DNA of 64,000 nt from NCBI GenBank assembly GCA_900550395.1, contig URSD01000010.1, positions 2,610 through 66,609 of the forward strand. Direction: 5' to 3'. The position numbers and the translations under genes were made by a program. How positions within the stretch are numbered: position 1 is the first letter of the stretch; every line of letters starts with the position of its first letter. Below the pieces are notes generated by a model. The model did not search any database and was not told where the DNA came from. It was given only the letters and a program-made list of their open reading frames with translations. The DNA is from an uncultured Porphyromonadaceae bacterium (GTDB lineage: Bacteria > Bacteroidota > Bacteroidia > Bacteroidales > Muribaculaceae). Positions 9,392 to 18,641 of this stretch are shown one piece after another.

Positions 9392-9750
9392 GAGGCTGTT
9401 TAAAAACAGATGTTAACGCAGGGGCGGTCAATCTCCGAGCGATTTTTGTCGTCTGATGAGGGAGTGTGGCCGTAGCCACTCGACCGAAGAAGACGGCGGA
9501 AAGCGCCGGAGAGGGACCGAGGCGAGCTGACTTTTATCATCTGTTTGTTTATCATACTGTTATTTTAATATTTCTTTCGTTTTGTCCGGAGGCTGATTTT
9601 ATCATGAAAAGTTACTTCGGCTTTGCATCTTTTGGGTGTCTTTCATCCTTTGTCACAGTCGCGTACATCCAGTACGCTCCTGCTCCCGCAGGATGAAATA
9701 CCCTCCAAAATCTGCAACCCCTGTGTTAACATCTGTTTTTAAACAGCCTC
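9392..9750. mobile_element. MITE copy 1, 359 bp, 33-bp terminal inverted repeats
   Basis: Ends GAGGCTGTTTAAAAACAGATGTTAAC(G/A)CAGGGG and its reverse complement; near-identical copy at 24714-25072; no transposase. Confidence 0.88.
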
Positions 9751-10821
9751 TTACTTATGTGTTGCCTCGAAATCGTTCATAGCCTCCACGAGGGCGTCGA
9801 CGCTCTCCATGGGCAGGGCGTTGTAGAGCGACGCACGGAAGCCGCCCACGCTGCGGTGGCCCTTGATGCCGACGATGCCGCGCTGCGCGCAGAAGTCCAC
9901 GAAGTCCTTCTCCAGATGCTTGAAAGGAGGAGCCATGACGAAGGTCACGTTCATCAGCGAACGGTCCTCCATGACGGCCGTGCCCTCGAACATCTCGCTG
10001 TTGTCGATGGCGTCGTAGAGCTTGGCGGCCTTAAGCTCGGCGCGGCTCTGAAGCTCGCGTATGCCGCCGAGCTGCTTGTAGTAGCGCAGGGTCTGGAGCG
10101 CGGTGAAGATGGGCAGCACTGGGGGAGTGTTGAACATCGAGCCCTTCTCCACGTGTGTGCGGTAGTCGAGCATGGTGGGAATCTTGCGGTCCGCATGGCC
10201 CAGGGCGGCGTCCTTGACGATTACCAGCGTCACGCCCGCGGGGGCGAGGTTCTTCTGCGCGCCGGCGTATATGGCGTCGTAACGGGCCACGTCGACGGGA
10301 CGCGTGAAGATGTCGGAACTCATGTCGGCCACCAGCGGGCAGGGAACGTCGAGGTCGTCGCGCAGCTCGGTGCCGTAGATGGTATTGTTGGTGGTGATGT
10401 GCAGGTAGTCGAGGCCTTCAGGCACATGGTAGTCGTGCGGATAGTAGGTATAGTGGGCGTCCTCGCTGCTTGCCAGCACGTCGACGTCGCCGAAGAGGCG
10501 CGCCTCCTTGATGGCCTTGTGGGCCCAGGTGCCGGTGTCGAGATAGCCCGCGCGGGTGCGCAGCAGGTTGTAGGGAATCATGCAGAACTGCATGGAGGCG
10601 CCGCCGCCCAGCCACAGCACACTGTAGCCTTCGGGCACGTTGAGCAGTTCCTTCACCAGAGCACCGGCCTCGTCGATGACGGCCTGGAACTCCTTGCTGC
10701 GGTGCGACACCGACAGCAGCGAGATACCCGTGCCGGCAAAGTCGCGTATGGCGTCGATTGTGTTGTTGATGGCATAATCGCTCAGTATCGACGGTCCGGC
10801 GTAAAAATTGTGTTTCTTCAT
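9751..10821 (-). CDS. serC: Phosphoserine aminotransferase
   Basis: [22 protein letters not shown] (PLP Lys), [15 protein letters not shown]. Confidence 0.97.
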   Translation of the reverse strand: MKKHNFYAGPSILSDYAINNTIDAIRDFAGTGISLLSVSHRSKEFQAVIDEAGALVKELLNVPEGYSVLWLGGGASMQFCMIPYNLLRTRAGYLDTGTWAHKAIKEARLFGDVDVLASSEDAHYTYYPHDYHVPEGLDYLHITTNNTIYGTELRDDLDVPCPLVADMSSDIFTRPVDVARYDAIYAGAQKNLAPAGVTLVIVKDAALGHADRKIPTMLDYRTHVEKGSMFNTPPVLPIFTALQTLRYYKQLGGIRELQSRAELKAAKLYDAIDNSEMFEGTAVMEDRSLMNVTFVMAPPFKHLEKDFVDFCAQRGIVGIKGHRSVGGFRASLYNALPMESVDALVEAMNDFEATHK

Positions 10822-10927
10822 AACTTGCAGTTATTTTGAGAGGGATTGTTTTTGCAAATATAAAACAATTATCTCACAAAATGCCCGCAACCCTCAAATA
10901 TTTTCAACCTGAAGCGAACGGGGCGCC

Positions 10928-11986
10928 TTATTCCCCGGCGGAGTCGAAGGAGAAGAGACCCAGATTGTCGGCGTTGGCGATGCCGAGGTGGCTGTAGGCC
11001 AGGTCGGTGACTTCGCGGCCGCGCGGGGTGCGCTTTATAAAACCTTCCTTTATAAGGTAGGGTTCGTACACCTCTTCTATGGTGCCGGGGTCCTCGCCGA
11101 GGGCGGTGGCGATGGTGGAGAGACCCACCGGGCCGCCCTTGAACTTGGTGATGACCGTGCGCAGCAGCTTGTTGTCTATCTCGTCGAGGCCGTAGCGGTC
11201 GATGTTGAGGGCCTCGAGGGCATAGCGGGCGATGTCGAGGTCGATGTCGCCGCTGCCGCGCACCTGGGCGAAGTCGCGCACGCGCCGCAGCAGAGCGTTG
11301 GCGATACGCGGCGTACCGCGGCTGCGCAGTGCTATTTCGAGGGCGGCGTCCTCCGATATTTTCACTCCCAGCAGCCTTGCCGAGCGCTCCACGATGCCGC
11401 GCAGCACGGCGTGGTCGTAGTATTCCAGATGGCACTTGATGCCGAATCGCGCGCGTAGCGGCGACGTCAGCAGGCCGCTGCGGGTGGTGGCGCCAACGAG
11501 GGTGAAGGGCTCCAGGTTGAGCTGCACCGACCGTGCGCCGGGGCCCTTGTCTATCATTATGTCGATGCGGTAGTCCTCCATCGCCGAGTACAGGTATTCC
11601 TCCACCACGGGGCTGAGGCGGTGTATCTCGTCGATGAACAGCACATCGTTGGTTTCGAGCGACGTCAGGATGCCCGCCAGATCGCCGGGCTTGTCGAGCA
11701 CGGGGCCGGAGGTGATCTTCATGCCCACGCCCAGCTCGTTGGCCACGATGCCGGCCAGCGTGGTCTTGCCCAGGCCGGGAGGACCGAAGAGCAGGATGTG
11801 GTCCAGAGCCTCGCGGCGCATGCGGGCCGCGGCCACGAACACGCGCAGGTTGTCCACTATCTTCTCCTGTCCGCGGAAAGCCTCGAACTGGTCGGGACGC
11901 AGGGCGCGCTCCATGTCGCGTTCGCTGCCCCCCGAGGGAGTCTCGCGGCTGTCGCGTATATCGAATTTATCGTCGGACATCGTCAT
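10928..11986 (-). CDS. ruvB: Holliday junction helicase RuvB
   Basis: [11 protein letters not shown]alker [25 protein letters not shown]. Confidence 0.97.
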   Translation of the reverse strand: MTMSDDKFDIRDSRETPSGGSERDMERALRPDQFEAFRGQEKIVDNLRVFVAAARMRREALDHILLFGPPGLGKTTLAGIVANELGVGMKITSGPVLDKPGDLAGILTSLETNDVLFIDEIHRLSPVVEEYLYSAMEDYRIDIMIDKGPGARSVQLNLEPFTLVGATTRSGLLTSPLRARFGIKCHLEYYDHAVLRGIVERSARLLGVKISEDAALEIALRSRGTPRIANALLRRVRDFAQVRGSGDIDLDIARYALEALNIDRYGLDEIDNKLLRTVITKFKGGPVGLSTIATALGEDPGTIEEVYEPYLIKEGFIKRTPRGREVTDLAYSHLGIANADNLGLFSFDSAGE

Positions 11987-13032
11987 TTGCTGTTTAGAGT
12001 TTCAATCACGCGTGAGGCCACCATCTCAGGCCGGATGCCGCGCAGGCACAGGTAGTCGCCGCGCAGGCACGGGCGGTTGCCGTAGACGCTGCACGGGCGG
12101 CACGGCACGGGCAGCTGCAGGGTGTCGGCCTCGCTCTGCCGCCAGGCTGTGAAGCCGCAGTAGGGATGCGTGGCGCCCCAGATGCTGACGGTAGGCGTCC
12201 CGGCAATGGCGGCCAGCTGCATGTTGGCCGAGTCCATGGTGAGCATGCAGTCGAGGTGGTTGAAAAGCGCCAGCTCGGCGGCGAAGCCGCAGTGTTTGCC
12301 GGCCGGGCAGCTTACGCCGGGGATTGTGTCGGCCCAGCGTTCCAGGATTTCGGTCTCCTGCCGGCCTCCCCCGAGCAGGAATATGCGCACGCGGGGCTCG
12401 GCGGCCAGACGGCGCACCACCTGCTCCATCAGTTCCGGGGGGTATATCTTGCTCTCGTATGCCGCAAAGGGGGCTATGCCCACCCATCGCTCGCCTTCGG
12501 CCTTGGGCGCCGAGATGGAGGCATACAGCGGTGCCGGAGCCTTGCCCCGGCCGCCGAAAAGGCTGTCGAAGCATTCGCGCAGCTGCATGCCGGCAGCATC
12601 GAATACTGCGGCATAGACGTCGCGCATGCCGCGCAGGGGTAGCATCACCTTGTTGTGGCGCCGCGTCAGGCGGCGGCGCAGGCGACTGCCCTTGTCGATG
12701 CGGAAGCCCGGCACGCCGCGCAGGCGCAGAAAGGCGGCAAGCAGGCGCGTGCGCATCTCGTTTTGCAGGTCGAGATACACCGCCGGCGCGTACTCCTCCA
12801 ATATGCGCGAGGCCAGACGGTATATGCCGCCCACGCCCTTGTATCCGTCCTTGAGGTCGACGCCGGCGACGCAGAGATTGGCCGGCGCGTCGGTGAAGAT
12901 GGGCACCATGGCCGGACGCGTCAGCAGCACGAAGCGCGTCTGCGGGTAGCAGCGGCATGCGCTGTAGACCACAGGCACGGCTATGGCTACATCGCCGATG
13001 GCCGAGAATCTTGTCAGCAGGACGGTTCTCAA
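11983..13032 (-). CDS. Glycosyltransferase family 9 (heptosyltransferase-like)
   Basis: [34 protein letters not shown] motifs. Confidence 0.9.
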   Translation of the reverse strand: MRTVLLTRFSAIGDVAIAVPVVYSACRCYPQTRFVLLTRPAMVPIFTDAPANLCVAGVDLKDGYKGVGGIYRLASRILEEYAPAVYLDLQNEMRTRLLAAFLRLRGVPGFRIDKGSRLRRRLTRRHNKVMLPLRGMRDVYAAVFDAAGMQLRECFDSLFGGRGKAPAPLYASISAPKAEGERWVGIAPFAAYESKIYPPELMEQVVRRLAAEPRVRIFLLGGGRQETEILERWADTIPGVSCPAGKHCGFAAELALFNHLDCMLTMDSANMQLAAIAGTPTVSIWGATHPYCGFTAWRQSEADTLQLPVPCRPCSVYGNRPCLRGDYLCLRGIRPEMVASRVIETLNSK

Positions 13033-13087
13033 GGAAAGTTGAAAAGTTAAGAAGTTAAAGGAGTTAAACCTTAAACCCTAAACCAAA

Positions 13088-15172
13088 TCACCGGCGGTTC
13101 TTGCGTGCATTGGCCTTTGCCTGTGCGCGCATGGCGGCCTCCTGCTGCTTCTGCGCGGCCTCCAGGCGTGCCATGAATCCCGACTTCTTGCGGGGCTTGC
13201 GGGCGTTAGCCTCCATCTCGGCGCGTACCTTCTTCTCGTCGACGAAGTGGCGGGTGACGGTGGTCTGGATTATGGTGATGAGCAGCGAGAGCAGGTAGTA
13301 GTAGCTCAGGGCCGAGGCGTAGTCGTTGAAGAAGAACAGGAACATCACCGGCATCAGGTACATCATCCACTTCATGCCGGGCATCGACTGGCCGCCGGGC
13401 TGGTTCTGCATGGTGAAGGTGGTGTACACCACGTTGGCTATTGTCATCAGCAGGCAGAAGAGGCTCACCTGGTTGCCGTAGAAGGGGATGGTGAAGGGCA
13501 GCGTGCAGATGTAGTCGGGAGCCGACAGGTCATGCGCCCACAGGAAGCTCTGTCCGCGCAGCTCGATGGCCGAGGGGAAGAACGAGAACATGGCTATCAG
13601 CACGGGCATCTGAAGCAGCATGGGCAGGCAGCCCGACATGGGGCTGGCGCCGGCGCGCGAGTAGAGGGCCATAGTTTCCTGCTGGCGCTTCATGGCGTTC
13701 TCCTGGCCGGGATATTTCTCGTTTATGGCCGTTATCTCGGGTGCGAGCACGCGCATGCGCGCCTGGCTCTTGTAGCTCTTGTAGGTGAAGGGGAAGAGTA
13801 TGAGCTTGATGAAGAGCGTGAGCAGCAGGATTATTATGCCGTAGTTGGCGATGTAGCGGCCCAGGAAGTCGAATACGGGGATTACGATAATCTGGTTGAT
13901 CCACCTGAACAGTCCCCAGCCCAGCGGCACGAGGCTCGTGAGGTCCATGTCCTCGTCGGGGTAGATGGTATCGTCGATGTCGCTGAGCAGCGGATAGTCG
14001 TTGGGGCCGAAATAGAAGCAGAAGTCGGCGGCGACGCCGTCGGCCACGCTGTAGGGCAGCTCTGCGGCGGCATCCATATCCTTAAGCCAGTCGGCCTCCT
14101 TGAGCACCTTGCTGTCGAGGCGCACGGCCGAGAAGTAGTCCTTGGCCATGAGCACGCTGCTGAAGAACTGGTTGGTGAAGGCCACCCAGCGCACGCGGCC
14201 GGTCAGCTCCTCGCTGTCGTCCTTGCTGGAGCTGAGCTCCTCCGGACCCTCGCCGGCGTACTTGTACCTGATGGACGAGTTGCGCTCCTCGAAAGTGCGT
14301 CCTTTCTCGTTGCGTCCGAGGGTCTGATGCCAGCGGAAGCCCATGGTGGCGGTGCTGGCGGGCAGCACGGAGGCCATACCCTCCTGCACCACCTGCATGC
14401 GCACCAGGTAGCTGCCGGGCTGCATGCTGTAGCGTATGCCCCACCATGCGCCGTCGGCCAGCTCGAGCTTCATCAGCATCGAGGTGTCGCTCTCGGCCAC
14501 GGGGGTGAAGTTGAACTCGGAGGTGTTCAGGCGCTGGTCGGCTGTGGTGAGCACGAAGCTGTAGCCGTCGCTCTCGTTGCGGAACAGGCGTATGGGTGTC
14601 TCGGGCGTCGTCAGTTCCGTTTTGTAGTTCTTAAGTTCCACCTGGCTGACACGGCCGCCGCGAGAGGAGAAGGTCACACGCATGAGGTCGTTCTCCATCA
14701 CCTTCTCGACATTCTCGCCGCCGAGCTTGCCGGCGAAGGCCTTGTACTTGTGCGCGTCGGCCACGGCCTTGCGCAGCGTCTCCAGAGCCATGCGGCGGTC
14801 GTCGGGACCGAGCGAGCCGGCGCCGGCGGCAAGGTCGGCGAAGCTTACGTCGCCGGTGGGCTTGCCGGCGTGGATGGTGCCTGCCACGGCTGCGGCGCTG
14901 TCGACGGTGAGGTCGACGGCGGCCGTCGTCAGGCGGTGCGAGCCGTCGGGCTGCACGGTGCCGGCGCTGAGTATGGCCTCGCGCAGCGACGCCAGGTCGG
15001 CAGGCGTTATGGTATCGGTTGTGACGGCGGCAGGTGCGGCCTTCTCGGCGGTCTGCTCCATGTGGGCCACGTCGGCCTCCATGTTCTGTGTGGCGTCCGG
15101 CTTGTTGAGGTACATGAAGCCGAACAGTATGGCGGCCATCAGGACGAGGCCGGTAAGGGTATTGCGATCCAT
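13088..15172 (-). CDS. yidC: Membrane protein insertase YidC
   Basis: YFGPNDY, NYGIIILLLT, GCLPMLLQMP, FLWAHDLS. Confidence 0.96.
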   Translation of the reverse strand: MDRNTLTGLVLMAAILFGFMYLNKPDATQNMEADVAHMEQTAEKAAPAAVTTDTITPADLASLREAILSAGTVQPDGSHRLTTAAVDLTVDSAAAVAGTIHAGKPTGDVSFADLAAGAGSLGPDDRRMALETLRKAVADAHKYKAFAGKLGGENVEKVMENDLMRVTFSSRGGRVSQVELKNYKTELTTPETPIRLFRNESDGYSFVLTTADQRLNTSEFNFTPVAESDTSMLMKLELADGAWWGIRYSMQPGSYLVRMQVVQEGMASVLPASTATMGFRWHQTLGRNEKGRTFEERNSSIRYKYAGEGPEELSSSKDDSEELTGRVRWVAFTNQFFSSVLMAKDYFSAVRLDSKVLKEADWLKDMDAAAELPYSVADGVAADFCFYFGPNDYPLLSDIDDTIYPDEDMDLTSLVPLGWGLFRWINQIIVIPVFDFLGRYIANYGIIILLLTLFIKLILFPFTYKSYKSQARMRVLAPEITAINEKYPGQENAMKRQQETMALYSRAGASPMSGCLPMLLQMPVLIAMFSFFPSAIELRGQSFLWAHDLSAPDYICTLPFTIPFYGNQVSLFCLLMTIANVVYTTFTMQNQPGGQSMPGMKWMMYLMPVMFLFFFNDYASALSYYYLLSLLITIIQTTVTRHFVDEKKVRAEMEANARKPRKKSGFMARLEAAQKQQEAAMRAQAKANARKNRR

Positions 15173-15179
15173 TGGTCTA

Positions 15180-16877
<1,698 letters not shown>

Positions 16878-17217
16878 TCGGGAGTTTGACACTTAATTGA
16901 GGCTTTTAACAGTTAAGATATTATCATCAAGTGATTTAGAGGGATGTTTTAACTGTGTTAATTGTACTAACACTTGATTACTAGATATTTATGTTTATTG
17001 ACTTCTTGCATGGATGGCTAAATATTAAAAAAATAAGACTTTCTCAAACCAAGTTATTATCAAATGGCTTAATATCATTGAATTTTAGATTATACCACTA
17101 GCATATTTAACTATATTTTAGTGTGTTAAATGTTTGGTGCTAAAATGTTAGCACAATTAAAATATGGCTATCCTGCAGATATACAGCTAATTATCCATAG
17201 ATAGTGTCAAAGATGGG
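16878..17217. mobile_element. 340-bp AT-rich non-autonomous insertion, IS1634-like ends
   Basis: Subterminal inverted repeat TTTGACACT (16885-16893) / AGTGTCAAA (17203-17211); flanked by 65-bp direct repeat; no ORF. Confidence 0.65.
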
Positions 17218-17282
17218 AATTTAATTAAAAAAGGCGAGAAAGCCACAAATTACCTGTACAAAAACAGCCACATGCTGTCGGG
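17218..17282. repeat. 65-bp direct repeat, copy 2
   Basis: Identical to 16813-16877. Confidence 0.9.
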
Positions 17283-17307
17283 CGACTTCATGCGGTGGGG
17301 AGGTGAG

Positions 17308-17352
17308 GTCTGACAGGTCGGACCGGTCGGACTTGTCGGACGGGTCGGTCCT
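17308..17352. repeat. Tandem 9-bp repeat, 5 x GTCGGACNN
   Basis: gtctgacag gtcggaccg gtcggactt gtcggacgg gtcggtcct. Confidence 0.7.
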
Positions 17353-17397
17353 GGCTCACGCATGAGCTGAAAAAGCCCGGTGCGAAGAAGTTATAGC

Positions 17398-18141
17398 CTA
17401 AAGGAACGGTCCTCGCCGCAGCCACGCCTGCCAGGCGGCGCTGTCGCCGCGGAAGGCGTTGAGGTCGACGGGGCCGGGCACGCCGTCCACGCGGCCGCGG
17501 TGCGAGTGCTGCCATAGATGCCAGTCGTCGCCGCCCGGCAGAGGCGGGTCCGTGAACGAGCATATCCACACCTCGCCGTCGTCGAAGTTGCCGCGCAGGA
17601 AGCGCTGGTGGCCGCTTTTGTTGCTGTACAGCAATACGCGGTAGCCCCACGCGTGCAGATAGTCCACCATCGAACGCAGCTGCTCCACCACCTCGTCGGT
17701 GGAGCGCGTCGGGGCGTTGCCCCATTCCTCCACGTCCACGGCCAGGGGAAGGTCCACGCGCCGGTCGCCCAGCGTGCGCAGCATGTTGGCCGCCTGACGC
17801 CATCCCTCGCTGTCGAAGCGGAAATAGTGGTATACACCCACGGGCAGACCGGCCTCGCGGGCCAGGCGGTAATTGTCGTCGAACGCCGCGTCGCGGAACG
17901 TCTCGCCCTCGGTGATCTTCAGGAACACGAAGCCGATGCCGTCGGCCGCCGCGCGCCGGAAGTCCACCACGCCGTTGTGGGCCGAGATGTCCATGCCGCG
18001 CACGGGATACTCCTGCGGGTCGAGCTCGACGTGCTCTACCCGCGGCCGCATCAGTCGTGCCGTCGCCGTGCCGAAAATGGCCGCGGCCGCCAGCACCACT
18101 ATCGTTATGGCCGCTATCCGTGCCCTCCTGTCGGTGTTCAT
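17398..18141 (-). CDS. GH25 muramidase (lysozyme) with N-terminal membrane anchor
   Basis: GMDISAHNG, LKITEG, GVYHYF, AVDVEE, WQHS..G.VDGV..PVDLNAF. Confidence 0.92.
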   Translation of the reverse strand: MNTDRRARIAAITIVVLAAAAIFGTATARLMRPRVEHVELDPQEYPVRGMDISAHNGVVDFRRAAADGIGFVFLKITEGETFRDAAFDDNYRLAREAGLPVGVYHYFRFDSEGWRQAANMLRTLGDRRVDLPLAVDVEEWGNAPTRSTDEVVEQLRSMVDYLHAWGYRVLLYSNKSGHQRFLRGNFDDGEVWICSFTDPPLPGGDDWHLWQHSHRGRVDGVPGPVDLNAFRGDSAAWQAWLRRGPFL

Positions 18142-18203
18142 CTTAAATACAAAGTTACAAAAATCATTTCAGATGTGCGTTTTTACAAAAATAAAATGTT
18201 TGT

Positions 18204-18235
18204 TTTGCAGATTTGAGAAGATTGTTGTAATTTTG
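18204..18235 (+). promoter_or_regulatory. Bacteroidetes sigma-A promoter of leader RNA A
   Basis: TTTG (18204-18207), 20-nt spacer, TAATTTTG (18228-18235). Confidence 0.7.
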
Positions 18236-18330
18236 CCATGTCCGCACACGGCCTAAGCGCTGATATGCAGATGACTGAGGGAGAAGAGTCTTCCCGGCAT
18301 CCGCATTGTGATGTGCCGCTTGCGGGCAAG

Positions 18331-18584
18331 AAGCGTTATTGGCGCTTTGTTCTTGACGATTAGGAATCTCGCAAATTCATACAGAAGTCAGGGATGAGGC
18401 AATGATGGACGCCCGTTGATTGTAGTCTATACTACTTGCAGCCGGGATAACTGTATCCTGTCGGCTGCAAGGCGTTTGGTCTATCTGTCGCGTGGGCTTC
18501 TGCGTTGCTCGTCTTACTTCTGTGGGCAATGCGAGAGCCTCTAATCGTGGGACGAGTACCGATGGAGTCCCACGCTTTTTTTTT
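18331..18584 (+). ncRNA. Structured leader RNA, copy A (long rod plus terminator)
   Basis: Homologous to 32662-32919(-); nested helices TCTCGCA/TGCGAGA, ACAGAAGT/ACTTCTGT, GCAATG/CGTTGC, GCCC/GGGC; terminator CGTGGGAC/GTCCCACG-C-T9. Confidence 0.75.
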
Positions 18585-18641
18585 ATCCCATATCAACTTT
18601 TTCTGCCGGGACTGCGGAGAATAAACCTTCAACTATCTCCC

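Noticed and set aside
9448..9505. Hammerhead ribozyme suggested by CTGATGAG...CGAA in the MITE
   Set aside because: Core reads GAAG not GAAA, no stem III or NUH site can be formed, and flanks pair as a simple hairpin
9466..9696. 76-aa ORF repeated at 24788-25018
   Set aside because: Lies within the MITE hairpins, has a GTG start and no recognisable domain; identity reflects the duplication
13033..13087. AAGTTAA and AAACCCTA short repeats between yidC and the GT9 gene
   Set aside because: Too short and degenerate to support a function
17398..18141. GH25 lysozyme as prophage endolysin
   Set aside because: Host-like GC, N-terminal anchor, and no holin or phage genes nearby
18331..18584. Leader as cobalamin, TPP or SAM riboswitch, T-box, or group II intron fragment
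   Set aside because: No B12 box, TGAGA TPP core, T-box GGTGGNACC or domain V motif could be identified
18492..18641. Upstream extension of the 969-aa ORF
   Set aside because: Runs through the leader RNA and terminator; the signal peptide supports ATG 18642 or later
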